Assembly (NCBI GenBank): GCA_963651465.1
Contig: CAVJPS010000009.1
Coordinates: 52,395 to 116,394, forward strand
Reading direction: 5' to 3'
DNA: 64,000 nucleotides
From: a bacterium
GTDB taxonomy: Bacteria; Bacillota_I; Bacilli_A; RFN20; CAG-826
The notes under the pieces were generated by a model. That model was not told the origin of the DNA. It worked only from the letters and a program-made list of their open reading frames with translations, and searched no databases. The position numbers and the translations under genes were made by a program. Below, in pieces: positions 1 to 10,396 of this stretch. Numbering within the stretch: the first letter of the stretch is position 1; each line of letters begins with the position of its first letter.

Positions 1-583
1 ATGCTTCAATACCAACTGCTAAACCTAAACGGTCATCAAAAGCTTTAGCAAGTAAACGTTCACCATTATTTAAAGTAGCAAATTTACCTTCAATAACCAT
101 GAAGTTACCAATGGTAACTCCTGCTTCTTCAGCTTCTTCTTTAGTTTTAAAACCAAAGTCAAATAACATTGAATCAAGTTTAGTTGGTCTTTCACGGTCA
201 GCTGCACTCATTAAATGAGGTGGAATTGAACCAATAGAACCATATAAATAACCTTGATCACCTTTTAATAATACACGGGAAGATAACAAAGTTTGTTCAT
301 TTAATCCACCAACTGGATAAGCTTTGATCATACCATTACCAGTTATACCAACAACTAAAAATCCCACTTCATCCATATGTCCAACTACTAATACTTTTTT
401 AGCGTTTGGATTTTTTGATTTTTTAACTGCAAAAATAGAACCTAAATTATCTTTAATTGTTTCGAATCCTAATTTTGCAAAAGTTTCTTTAAGATAATCT
501 CTAACTTCTTTTTCGTGGCCAGCAACGCCATTTAATTGAGTTAAAGTTTCAAGCAATTCTAAAGAGTGTTTATTTAAACTCAT
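1..583 (-). CDS. M42-family aminopeptidase/glutamyl aminopeptidase-like, 5' part only (the gene runs off the window edge)
   Basis: The reverse-strand translation from the ATG at 583 reads MSLNKHSLELLETLTQLNGVAGHEKEV...VLVVGHMDEVGFLVVGITGNGMIKAYPVGG, a typical M42 (FrvX/CelM/PepA-like) N-terminus. An RBS GGAGGAA lies 8 nt upstream of the start. The start overlaps the trmB stop. Confidence 0.7.
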   Translation of the reverse strand, partial: MSLNKHSLELLETLTQLNGVAGHEKEVRDYLKETFAKLGFETIKDNLGSIFAVKKSKNPNAKKVLVVGHMDEVGFLVVGITGNGMIKAYPVGGLNEQTLLSSRVLLKGDQGYLYGSIGSIPPHLMSAADRERPTKLDSMLFDFGFKTKEEAEEAGVTIGNFMVIEGKFATLNNGERLLAKAFDDRLGLAVGIEA

Positions 584-1220
584 CTGTATTTCCTCCTTTT
601 TGAACAATTGCACGATTAATATTTTTGCCTTTTGATCTGAATTTCATTTCATATTCAGTTGGCACATCAAATTCAGCTTTTTGATAATCATTATCTACAC
701 TTATAATTTCCCAATTAGTTTCTTTAAAAGATTCTAATGAGTATGCAAATAAGTCATCGTTATCAGTTTTTTGAATAATACGACCATTATCTACTAAAAT
801 TGAAGCATATCCTTTTAACATTTCAGGATATGTTAATCTTCTTTTAGCATGTCTTTTCTTTGGCCATGGATCACTGAAATTTAAGAAAATTCCTTCAAAA
901 TGATGACGTGGTAAATGCTCAAGTAAATATTTAACATCAAGATTAATAAGTTTTACATTGTTAAGATTATTTTCCACAATTTTTTTAGCACAAAATGCTA
1001 AAGCTGTTGCGTTTATCTCAACACCTAGGAAATTAATATCAGGATTTTCTTTTGCCATTCCTAATATAAAATCACCTTTTCCAGTACCAATTTCCATATA
1101 AATTGGTTTTTTATTTATAAATTGTCTATTACTATCATTTTCTAAAGTCATAATTGTGATGACTAATTCATTATGTTCTTCTAAAAATGGTTCTGCCCAA
1201 GTTTTATGTTTTATTCTCAT
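570..1220 (-). CDS. trmB: tRNA (guanine46-N7)-methyltransferase
   Basis: 216 aa with the SAM-binding motif EIGTGKGDF and a TrmB-like layout. Confidence 0.85.
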   Translation of the reverse strand: MRIKHKTWAEPFLEEHNELVITIMTLENDSNRQFINKKPIYMEIGTGKGDFILGMAKENPDINFLGVEINATALAFCAKKIVENNLNNVKLINLDVKYLLEHLPRHHFEGIFLNFSDPWPKKRHAKRRLTYPEMLKGYASILVDNGRIIQKTDNDDLFAYSLESFKETNWEIISVDNDYQKAEFDVPTEYEMKFRSKGKNINRAIVQKGGNTDEFK

Positions 1221-2575
1221 TTAAGTTCAGTTCCTAATGATACTATTGCATGAGCGTATAGAATCATACTCTTTCTAAAATGTTCTAACATAATAAATTC
1301 ATTATCGTTGTGAATACGGCAATCTACGCCAGGAAATGCACTACCAAATGCAACAGTATTTTTAGTTTCTTTTGCATATGTGCCACCACCAATAGTCATC
1401 ATTTTATTTGTAGTGTCACCAGTTTCCTCAACGTAAATGCTAGCTAATTTTTGAATAAATTTAGAATTTGGGTCAAATAGTAATGGAGATGATGGTTCAC
1501 CTAACATTTCGGTTTTGAAAGGTGATCTAGATTTAATTCTTTCTGTAATAGCCGTTGGTGAGACACCATCAGGGAAACGGAAATTAACTATCATATCAAA
1601 TTTCATATTACTATATGTGATAATTCCGACATTGTATGTTGTTGTATGTAAATCTTTAGATGAATAACATTCATTTAGAGAACTACCATCACTTTTTTCG
1701 TATAAAGCAGCTAATTGTTTAAGTTCATCAATATCATATTTGTTACCCAAAAATTTAATTAATTGTAATCCAGCATTAACTCCAAGTTCTGGTGTACTAC
1801 CATGAGCTGCTTTACCAAAAATGGTAATACTTGTTGATTCCTTATTTTGTGTAACTTCATAATCATAACCAGTCTCCTTTAAAGATTCTTCGATTGTTAG
1901 GTCAGAAGCAACAGTTGCGCGAGCAACATCTATAACTGAATTTACAACAACACCTGCATTTATACTATATATAGGATATAAGTCAACAGTATCAAAAGTA
2001 TGATAGTTAACGATACCTTTTTCACCGTATATTAATGGGAATTCACCATCTGGAGTAAATCCATAATCAGGATATTTTTTCTTAAGTACATTATAATAAT
2101 ATTCTAAACATGCACTTCCACGTTCTTCGTTACCACCAATAACAAGTGTTACACGATATCCACGAATTAAACCAGCTTCTTTTAATGCAAGTAATGCATA
2201 GAACGAAGCCATTGCTGGTCCTTTATCATCACTAGTACCACGGCCATACATAGTATCATTTTCGATATCACCGCTAAATGGTCCGTGTTTCCATTCTCCT
2301 GATACTGGAACAACATCACAGTGAGCAAAGATACCAATTAATTTTGGTCCTTTACCATATGCGATTTCAGTGCAATAGCCATCACATCTATCGACTTCAA
2401 AGCCTTTAGATACAGCAAGGTCACCAATATAATCAAGTGCTTGTTTAACACCTTCACCAAATGGTGCTTCTTTACTAATTGATGTTTCATCATATGTACT
2501 GTCAATTCGAATCCATGATTGTAATTTACGGATTGCTTCATCATAATATGATTTAACTAATTCTTCATATTTCAT
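1217..2575 (-). CDS. M20-family dipeptidase (PepV/Sapep-like)
   Basis: 452 aa with HCDVVPV...GRGTSDDKGP and the GGNEERGS metal-binding motifs of M20A peptidases. Confidence 0.8.
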   Translation of the reverse strand: MKYEELVKSYYDEAIRKLQSWIRIDSTYDETSISKEAPFGEGVKQALDYIGDLAVSKGFEVDRCDGYCTEIAYGKGPKLIGIFAHCDVVPVSGEWKHGPFSGDIENDTMYGRGTSDDKGPAMASFYALLALKEAGLIRGYRVTLVIGGNEERGSACLEYYYNVLKKKYPDYGFTPDGEFPLIYGEKGIVNYHTFDTVDLYPIYSINAGVVVNSVIDVARATVASDLTIEESLKETGYDYEVTQNKESTSITIFGKAAHGSTPELGVNAGLQLIKFLGNKYDIDELKQLAALYEKSDGSSLNECYSSKDLHTTTYNVGIITYSNMKFDMIVNFRFPDGVSPTAITERIKSRSPFKTEMLGEPSSPLLFDPNSKFIQKLASIYVEETGDTTNKMMTIGGGTYAKETKNTVAFGSAFPGVDCRIHNDNEFIMLEHFRKSMILYAHAIVSLGTELK

Positions 2576-2617
2576 ATTTATGCCTCCAGAGGTTTTACCT
2601 CAAATAAACAAATTTTA

Positions 2618-3271
2618 TTAATCGTCTGTTTCTTCTACATTTTCTTCATCATTAACATCTTCTAATGTTTTCTTGCGAGAATTAATTTGTTTAATGACGA
2701 TTTGAATTAATTTACTAATTACTGGTACCATAATAACTGTAAAAGTAAATTCAATTAAGAAATTACATAGAAATGTAGTAGTAAAAAGTATTTTTAATGC
2801 TTCTGCAGCACTTTCACCAAATAACGGAACAAACCATAATGAAACTCCAGCAAAGAATAATGATGTGTTAACAATTGGAACAATAACAGAAGAAAGACCA
2901 GTTGTTAAAATCATATTGAGTTTTGTTTTGCTAAGCCATTTAAATAAGAATCCTACAAGTAATCCTGCAATACCTGTTTTTAATAAACAAAGGAATACTG
3001 TTGCAACTGGATTATAAGCTAGAAAGCCTGCAGTACTTGGAGCAGTTAAAATAATAGCACCATCAACAATACCTAACATCAAACCAACAGTTGGTCCATA
3101 AATACATGCTCCAATAATGATTGGTATTAATGCTAAATTAATATTAATTGTACCATTTATAACTACGTAGTTAGAAATAAAAGCTAAGACAACTACCGTA
3201 GCAAGTAAGATGCCTAAGCCAGTAATGTATCTGATTTTTTCAGAACGAGTTTTTGATTTAAACATATTCAT
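2618..3271 (-). CDS. ECF transporter S component (putative pantothenate-specific, PanT-like)
   Basis: 217 aa polytopic membrane protein of ECF-S type. It lies directly downstream of coaX, which suggests pantothenate specificity. This is inference only. Confidence 0.5.
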   Translation of the reverse strand: MNMFKSKTRSEKIRYITGLGILLATVVVLAFISNYVVINGTININLALIPIIIGACIYGPTVGLMLGIVDGAIILTAPSTAGFLAYNPVATVFLCLLKTGIAGLLVGFLFKWLSKTKLNMILTTGLSSVIVPIVNTSLFFAGVSLWFVPLFGESAAEALKILFTTTFLCNFLIEFTFTVIMVPVISKLIQIVIKQINSRKKTLEDVNDEENVEETDD

Positions 3272-3290
3272 AATTTTCTTATTTTTCCTC

Positions 3291-4055
3291 TTATTTGATA
3301 TTCTTTTTTAAAGCAAAGAAAAGACCATCTAAAACTAGACTGCTATCATGTACAAAGTCTTTATTTAAATGGTCACGTACTAACGGTGCGTAACCACCCG
3401 TCAAAATTCTTTGACACTTGTAACCTAATTCGTTTTCGATCTTAGTGCATAATCCTTCAATCATCGCAATAGTGCCATAGATTGATCCTGAGTTAACTGA
3501 GTCAGGAGTGTTTTTTCCAATTACTTTTTCAGGGCATTCAAGAGATACTTCTGAAAGTAATGCAGCTTGATTAGTTAAAGCTTTAGTAGCAATCATAATG
3601 CCAGCCATAACTACTCCACCAACAAAACAACCATCTTTATCTAAGACAATAATCTTGCTAGCAGTACCTAAATCTACGATTAATGTTGCAGGGCCGTATT
3701 TTTGTAAAGCTCCTACACAATCGCAAACTAAGTCTGCACCAACTTCAGACGGATTATCCATTTTAATTTTTAATCCTGTCTTGAGACCTGGGCCTACTGT
3801 TTTAACTTCAGTTTTAAATGTTTCTTTAACAACACTAGTAATTAATTTGTTAAGAGAAGGTACTACTGAAGAAAGGATTGCACCATCACAAGGTTCAATA
3901 AGATTTTTCTCACTAATAAATCTATTAAAGATTGATAAATACTCATCATAACTCTTAGATTTGTCAGTAAGAGTACGGAAAGTATGGACTAATGTTCCAT
4001 CTTTGTAAACACCAACAAATATGTTAGTGTTTCCCATATCTATTGTTATATTCAT
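3291..4055 (-). CDS. coaX: type III pantothenate kinase
   Basis: 254 aa starting MNITIDMGNTNIFVGVY, with the ASKH-fold motifs DLGTASK and TGG of CoaX. Confidence 0.85.
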   Translation of the reverse strand: MNITIDMGNTNIFVGVYKDGTLVHTFRTLTDKSKSYDEYLSIFNRFISEKNLIEPCDGAILSSVVPSLNKLITSVVKETFKTEVKTVGPGLKTGLKIKMDNPSEVGADLVCDCVGALQKYGPATLIVDLGTASKIIVLDKDGCFVGGVVMAGIMIATKALTNQAALLSEVSLECPEKVIGKNTPDSVNSGSIYGTIAMIEGLCTKIENELGYKCQRILTGGYAPLVRDHLNKDFVHDSSLVLDGLFFALKKNIK

Positions 4056-4260
4056 AATGTCCTCCTGCTATGATGTTATCAAAATAACTATCATGCAAGA
4101 ATATTATAAAATAATATTCACTCATTAACAATTAAATTGTTATGTAAGCATTATCATTTAAAATTTTTTCTTAATAAGCTCTTTATTTATCATAATTAAA
4201 TTGTTAAAATATAAGTAACAATGGAAAAGGAATTAAATTAGGTAACAAAGGAGGACATAA

Positions 4261-5199
4261 TTGATGAAAAATAAATCATTACCTATTTTAGGACTTGCTT
4301 TAGGTTCAGTCCTAGCATTAACCGGTTGTAACGGTCAAGCAATTACACAAGAGAAAGCAAAAGCTAATTTACAAAAAGCTCAAGAAAAAGTTGAAGAAGC
4401 TAATGCATATACAGTAAACGTTTCTAGTAACATAACTGCTGCATTTAGTGCAACTTTAAACGATTCAACAACAAGCACTTCTTTAACTGCTACAAATAAT
4501 ATTAAAGGAGGAGTTAAACTAAACGAAGAAAAAACTTCTCAAGAAAAAAGTTTTATTACAACTGATATAAATTTATCTTCTCAAGTAAATAATGAAGCTG
4601 CTGAAACAGTAGCAACACAATCAACAAAATTATATTTTGTAAATGATTCCTTATATTCACAAATTGATTCATCTAAGAGTAAAGTTTCTCTTACAACTGA
4701 AATATTAGCAGAATATAGTGCATCTATTGATATTCCAGGCTTCTCTGCATCATTTAAATTAGATCTTAATGAATTAGTTGAAAATGTTGTTACAAAATAT
4801 TCAACTGAATCAAATGTCGAATACCGTCAATCGTTTGGTAAAACAATGTATATTTACCATATTCAAGAAAGCGCTGTTAAATCTACTGCTTCTGCAGCGT
4901 TAAGTTCAACTACTTCAGATAATACAGATACAACAACTTCAACATTAATTGCTTCATTAATGAGTGAATTTACTGTTAGTGATTCATATGTTAAATTTAC
5001 ATTCAATCAAAACGCTACATTCCTTGAACTTGAATCTGTAATTAACGCAAATGCTACTAAGAGTCTTGAAATTGGTTCTACTAAAGCATCAGTATCATTT
5101 AGCTATGCTTCAGCAGATAAAATCACATTTAACTTATCTGATAACTTAAGCGATAGTGATTTCCCATCAACAGAAGAATTAAATAATTGGGTACTCTAA
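4261..5199 (+). CDS. Ser/Thr-rich lipoprotein, function unknown
   Basis: Signal peptide with lipobox LTGC. Low-complexity S/T-rich sequence, with an RBS AAGGAGG upstream. Confidence 0.6.
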   Translation: MMKNKSLPILGLALGSVLALTGCNGQAITQEKAKANLQKAQEKVEEANAYTVNVSSNITAAFSATLNDSTTSTSLTATNNIKGGVKLNEEKTSQEKSFITTDINLSSQVNNEAAETVATQSTKLYFVNDSLYSQIDSSKSKVSLTTEILAEYSASIDIPGFSASFKLDLNELVENVVTKYSTESNVEYRQSFGKTMYIYHIQESAVKSTASAALSSTTSDNTDTTTSTLIASLMSEFTVSDSYVKFTFNQNATFLELESVINANATKSLEIGSTKASVSFSYASADKITFNLSDNLSDSDFPSTEELNNWVL

Positions 5200-5410
5200 T
5201 TCCAATTCTAGTCTTTAAAGAGATACGATATGTATCTCTTTTTTTTACATTTTTATAAACATTTTTATAAAATATCTTTACATTTTTGTAAATATTTGAT
5301 AATATAATTGTGTAATCTAAATCTCCATAGATTACATTTCTCCACTTAATATATCATTCCCCTATTAAGTGTATCAAACCTCCGGGTGTATCTCTCCTAT
5401 ATAAAACACC

Positions 5411-5457
5411 CAACAAAAAAAGACTTCCAGTGTGTGTGGGAAGTCTTTTATTTTTTT
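5411..5457. terminator. bidirectional rho-independent terminator between convergent lipoprotein and tex genes
   Basis: GC-containing hairpin AGACTTCC...GGAAGTCT flanked by an A-run and a T-run. Confidence 0.7.
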
Positions 5458-7618
5458 ATTCAACTTGCTTTAATGATAATCCAATACGTTCTTTAGCAAC
5501 ATCAATTGAAATAACTTTTACTTTAACAATGTCATTAACGTGAACGATATCTAAAGGATGCTTAACAAATTTTGTTGATAATTCACTAATATGAATAAAT
5601 CCATCATGGTGAACACCAATATCAACAAAGACACCAAAGTCCATAATATTACGAACTGTACCTTCCAAAATCATACCTTCTTTAAGATCTTTTATTTCTA
5701 AAATATCTTGTCTTAATGTGGCACTTTGAGTATCTTCACGTGGGTCACGACCTGGTTTTTTAAGTTCTTCAATAATATCATGTAAAGTTGGTTCGCCAAC
5801 TTTTAATTTTGTAGCTAAGGTTTTTTCATCATTAATACTATTTAATTTTTCTAAACATTTAGGTGTATTTAAATCTTTAGTAGTTAAGCCTAATTCTTTT
5901 AATAAGTTTTTAGCTACTTCATATGATTCAGGGTGAACACCTGTATTTTCTAAAGCATCTCCATCAGTAATACGCAAGAAACCTGCACATTGTTCGTATG
6001 CTTTAGGGCCTAACTTTGAAACATTTAATAATTCTTCATGATTCATAAAACGACCGTTGTCTTCACGATATTTAACAATATTAGTAGCAATTTGAGGTGT
6101 AACACCAGCAACATATTCTAATAATGAAGGTGAAGCTAAGTTAACATCAACACCAACTGAGTTAACACAATCTTCAACAACACCACCTAAAACCGTATTA
6201 AGTTTCTTTTGGTTCATATCGTGTTGATATTGACCAACTCCAATTGCTTCTGGTGGTATTTTAACTAATTCAGCAAGGGGATCTTGAATACGACGAGCAA
6301 TTGAAACAGCACTACGTAAATTTGTATCGTAATCTGGGAATTCCTTTGCAGCCAATTTAGTTGCACTATAAACCGAAGCACCAGCTTCTGAAACTACTGT
6401 ATAAGAACAATTTTGTTTAATAACATCTGGTAAGGAATCTAAGACATCGCGAATAAATGCTTGTGATTCTCTAGAAGCTGTGCCGTTACCAATAGCAATT
6501 AAATTAATCTTATGTTTTCTAATCATATTAGAAACAATAATTTTTGCACTATCAATTTGGTTACGTGGTGGGGTTGGATAAATAACACCAGTATCTAAAA
6601 CTTTACCCGTTTCATCAACTACTGCAAGTTTACATCCATGAGCGTATCCTGGGTCAAAACCCAAAACAACTTTATGATGGACAGGAGCGACCAATAATAA
6701 TTGATGTAAATTTTCTTTAAATACAATAATAGAAGCATCTTCAGCTTTTTCGGTTAATTCATTATGAATTTCAGTTGTAATTGAAGGTAAAATCAAACGT
6801 TTATAACCATCTTCAATAGCAGCACATAATTCTTTTTCAAATGGGGAATTTTGTTTAATGATTTTCTTTTTAATATAATTAACAACTTCTTCATCTGGAA
6901 TTTCATATGTAACTTTTAAAGCTTTAGTATTTTCACCACGATTAATAGCTAATACACGATGGTTAGCAATTGATTTGACAGGTTCATTATAATCTTTGTA
7001 CATATCGAAAATACCTTTTTCGTCACGTACGTTTTCTTTTGTTACAATTTTACCAAATTCTTTAAAAATAAAACGACAACGTTTATTATAGTCAGCTTCG
7101 TCAGATACAATTTCAGCAATAATATCTAAAGCGCCTTGAATAGCATCTTCAATAGTTAACACTTTCTTTTCTTCATTAATAAATTCTTTAGCATATTCAT
7201 TAAGTGGTTTTTCTTCTTTTTGAGCAAGAATATATTTTGCTAAAGGTTCCAAACCTTTTTCTTTAGCAACAATAGCTCTTGTTTTCTTTTTAGGTTTATA
7301 AGGACGATATACGTCTTCAAGTTCTGTCATTGTTTTACATGCTAAAACTGTTGCTTTTAATTCATCTGTTAATAAGCCTTGTTCTTCAATTGACTTTAAA
7401 ACTGTATTCATTCTTTCTTCAAAGTTACGTAAATATGTAAGTCTAGTATCAAATTTACGTAAAATTTCATCATCTAAAGAACCAGTAACTTCTTTACGAT
7501 AACGAGCGATAAAGGGAATTGTGTTTCCTTCATCAATTAATTGAATAACTGTGTTAACTTGTTCAACAGTTATTCCTAATTCTTCTGAAATAATTTTTGA
7601 AATATCCATTTTGTTCAC
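5456..7618 (-). CDS. tex: Tex-like transcription accessory protein with S1 RNA-binding domain
   Basis: 720 aa. N-terminal HTH/YqgF-like region, an HhH region and a C-terminal S1 domain (GTVRNIMDFGVFVDIG). Confidence 0.85.
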   Translation of the reverse strand: MNKMDISKIISEELGITVEQVNTVIQLIDEGNTIPFIARYRKEVTGSLDDEILRKFDTRLTYLRNFEERMNTVLKSIEEQGLLTDELKATVLACKTMTELEDVYRPYKPKKKTRAIVAKEKGLEPLAKYILAQKEEKPLNEYAKEFINEEKKVLTIEDAIQGALDIIAEIVSDEADYNKRCRFIFKEFGKIVTKENVRDEKGIFDMYKDYNEPVKSIANHRVLAINRGENTKALKVTYEIPDEEVVNYIKKKIIKQNSPFEKELCAAIEDGYKRLILPSITTEIHNELTEKAEDASIIVFKENLHQLLLVAPVHHKVVLGFDPGYAHGCKLAVVDETGKVLDTGVIYPTPPRNQIDSAKIIVSNMIRKHKINLIAIGNGTASRESQAFIRDVLDSLPDVIKQNCSYTVVSEAGASVYSATKLAAKEFPDYDTNLRSAVSIARRIQDPLAELVKIPPEAIGVGQYQHDMNQKKLNTVLGGVVEDCVNSVGVDVNLASPSLLEYVAGVTPQIATNIVKYREDNGRFMNHEELLNVSKLGPKAYEQCAGFLRITDGDALENTGVHPESYEVAKNLLKELGLTTKDLNTPKCLEKLNSINDEKTLATKLKVGEPTLHDIIEELKKPGRDPREDTQSATLRQDILEIKDLKEGMILEGTVRNIMDFGVFVDIGVHHDGFIHISELSTKFVKHPLDIVHVNDIVKVKVISIDVAKERIGLSLKQVE

Positions 7619-7729
7619 CTTTTGTTATAAAAATAACTCTCTTGTTATAATTTTATCATATTATAGATATCTTTTTTAATATTAATATTAAAAAAAGATT
7701 GTTAAATTAATAACAATCTTTAATACGTA

Positions 7730-10123
7730 TTAAGCACCAATTACAATGTTAACAATTTTGCCTTTAACAACAATAATCTTTTTGATTTCATGGCCATCAA
7801 CAAACTTTTTAACATTTTCATTTGCAAGTGCAATTTCTTTAATTCTATCTTCTGTTTCATTAACAGAAATATTAATTGTACCTCTTAATTTACCATTAAC
7901 TTGAACACCAATTGTAACTTCATTTTTAACAAGTTTACTTTCATCAAATGTAGGCCATCTTTCATAGTCAATAATATTAGAATTGCCCATTAATGACCAT
8001 AATTCTTCACCGACATGAGGAGTAATTGGGAACATTAATTTAATAAAATTAAGCATATATGGTTTATAAATAGAATTAGCTTTATATACTTCATTAATAA
8101 ATATCATCATTGCGGATATTGCAGTATTAAATTGTAAATTTTCAAAGTCTTCAGTAACTTTTTTAACAACTGCATTATATGCAAAATCTAATGAACCATC
8201 ATTTGTATCACTGAATTTAGATGTAAATTGTTCATCAGTATATAAACGGAATACACGTTCAATAAAACGTTTAGCACCATCAAGACCACCAGTACTCCAA
8301 GGCAATGAAGCATCAAGAGGTCCCATAAACATTTCATATAATCTTAAAGTATCAGCACCATAGTCATTACAAATATCATCAGGGTTAACAACGTTACCTC
8401 TTGATTTAGACATTTTTTCGCCATTTTCACCTAAAATCATACCTTGGTGGAATAATTTCTTGAATGGTTCTTCAACTGGTACTATACCTTTATCGTGTAA
8501 ATATTTTGTATAGAAACGAGAATATAATAAGTGTCCAACAGCGTGTTCTGCTCCACCAATATATAAATCAACCGGTAACCAGTGTTTCATTAATTCTTCA
8601 TCACACATTGCATTTTCATTATGTGGATCAATATAACGAATAAAGTACCATGAGGAAGCAGCACTACCTGGCATTGTTGTAGTTTCTCTTTTACCACCTT
8701 TATATTTAACCCATTCTTCAGCATTTTCAAGTGGAGGTTGTCCATTTACTTTTGCCTTATATTGGTCTAATTTAGGTAATATAAGTGGTAATTCACTATC
8801 AGGTAATAATTCATCATGGTCAGCATAGTGAACAACAGGAATTGGTTCACCCCAATAACGTTGACGAGCAAAAATCCAGTTACGTAATTTGTAAGTTACT
8901 TTACGGCCACCAACTTTATTTTCTTCTAACCAGTTATACATTGTTTCTTTAGCTTCAGCAATATTTTTACCATCTAAGAAGCCACTATTAACGTGAAGTC
9001 CATCTTCTTCGTAAGCACCTTTTGAAATATCGCCACCAGATACAACTTCAATCATATCTAAACCAAATTTCTTAGCAAAAGCATAATCACGACTATCGTG
9101 ACTTGGAACAGCCATAACTGCACCAGTTCCGTAACTTCCTAAAACATAGTCACTAATCCAAACTGGAATCTTTTTACCATTAACAGGATTAATAGAGTAA
9201 GCCCCTGTAAATACACCAGTTTTATCTTTATTTAATTCAGTTCTATCTAAATCACTTTTACGGCTAACTTCTTCTTTATATGCTTTAACAGCACTTTCTT
9301 GTTCTTTAGTTGTAATTTTATCAACTAAAGGATGTTCAGGGGCTAAAACAACATAAGTAGCACCGAATAAAGTATCGCAACGTGTTGTAAATACTTCAAA
9401 AGTATCGTCACTATCTGCGATTTTAAATACAACTGTAGCACCTACTGATTTACCAATCCAGTTACGTTGAATTTCTTTTGTGGATTCAGGCCAATCAATA
9501 GTATTTAAACCATCTAATAATTTTTCAGCATATTTAGGAATTTCAATAACCCATTGTTTCATGTTTTTACGAACAACAGGGAAACCACCACGTTCAGATT
9601 TACCATCAATAATTTCATCATTAGCTAAGACTGTACCTAATTCTTCACACCAGTTAACTGGCATATCAACATATTTAGCAATACCATCTTGAACCATTTG
9701 TTTAAAAATCCATTGTGTCCATTTATAATATTCAGGATCACAAGTAGCAATTTCTTTAGACCAGTCATAAGACAAACCTAACATTTTAATTTGTCTTTTA
9801 AATGTTTCAATATTTTTACGAGTAAATCCATCTGGGTGATTACCAGTATTAATTGCAAATTGTTCTGCTGGTAAACCAAATGCATCCCATCCCATTGGAT
9901 GTAAAACATTAAATCCTTGCATTCTTTTCATACGGGATACAATATCAGTTGCAGTATATCCTTCTGGGTGTCCAACATGTAAGCCATTTCCAGATGGATA
10001 TGGAAACATGTCTAAACAATAAAATGGTTTTTTAGAAAAATCACGGACATCACAATAATATGTATTATGTTCTTCCCAATATTTTTGCCATTTTCTTTCT
10101 ATAGCATAGAAATCATAAATCAT
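7730..10123 (-). CDS. leuS: leucyl-tRNA synthetase
   Basis: 797 aa with the class I HIGH (HVGH) and KMSKS motifs and the LeuS editing-domain layout. Confidence 0.95.
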   Translation of the reverse strand: MIYDFYAIERKWQKYWEEHNTYYCDVRDFSKKPFYCLDMFPYPSGNGLHVGHPEGYTATDIVSRMKRMQGFNVLHPMGWDAFGLPAEQFAINTGNHPDGFTRKNIETFKRQIKMLGLSYDWSKEIATCDPEYYKWTQWIFKQMVQDGIAKYVDMPVNWCEELGTVLANDEIIDGKSERGGFPVVRKNMKQWVIEIPKYAEKLLDGLNTIDWPESTKEIQRNWIGKSVGATVVFKIADSDDTFEVFTTRCDTLFGATYVVLAPEHPLVDKITTKEQESAVKAYKEEVSRKSDLDRTELNKDKTGVFTGAYSINPVNGKKIPVWISDYVLGSYGTGAVMAVPSHDSRDYAFAKKFGLDMIEVVSGGDISKGAYEEDGLHVNSGFLDGKNIAEAKETMYNWLEENKVGGRKVTYKLRNWIFARQRYWGEPIPVVHYADHDELLPDSELPLILPKLDQYKAKVNGQPPLENAEEWVKYKGGKRETTTMPGSAASSWYFIRYIDPHNENAMCDEELMKHWLPVDLYIGGAEHAVGHLLYSRFYTKYLHDKGIVPVEEPFKKLFHQGMILGENGEKMSKSRGNVVNPDDICNDYGADTLRLYEMFMGPLDASLPWSTGGLDGAKRFIERVFRLYTDEQFTSKFSDTNDGSLDFAYNAVVKKVTEDFENLQFNTAISAMMIFINEVYKANSIYKPYMLNFIKLMFPITPHVGEELWSLMGNSNIIDYERWPTFDESKLVKNEVTIGVQVNGKLRGTINISVNETEDRIKEIALANENVKKFVDGHEIKKIIVVKGKIVNIVIGA

Positions 10124-10134
10124 ATTTAAATCCT

Positions 10135-10385
10135 CCTTATAAATATAAAAACGTCCTTAATAATAAGGACGTTTAGTAAACGCGGTACCACCTTAATTCA
10201 TAACTATTACAATAATAATTATGCACTTCATTTATTATCATTAACGCTGATAAACGGATATTTCTATAATGTCGAGTTCATTACATCATCATGTTAATTT
10301 TCACCAACCATTAACTCTCTATAAAGATTAAGTAATTACTACTACATTTATCAAAATTATTTTACCAAATTAATAAGTTATGTCA
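10135..10385 (-). ncRNA. T-box leader (tRNA-sensing riboswitch) controlling leuS
   Basis: On the minus strand there is an AGAGA stem-I motif (reverse complement near 10305-10320). The conserved T-box AATTAAGGTGGTACCGCG is the reverse complement of 10177-10194. An intrinsic terminator AAACGTCCTTATTATTAAGGACGTTT plus T-run lies just before the leuS RBS. Confidence 0.8.
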
Positions 10386-10396
10386 ATAATAATAAA

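Noticed and set aside
2338-2544. Multiple short ORFs nested inside long genes (for example 2338..2544, 3598..3951, 9480..9692, 10653..10883, 11329..11583, 20600..20881, 21654..22087, 24732..24938, 25416..25607, 27822..28025, 28277..28513, 29508..30211, 32622..32905, 40918..41178, 46721..46927, 48342..48578, 52141..52611, 54574..54807, 56291..57191, 59572..59814, 62510..62731, 63606..63800)
   Set aside because: Each is fully embedded in, or antisense to, a well-supported longer CDS. None has an RBS, and all have biased low-complexity translations typical of AT-rich DNA.
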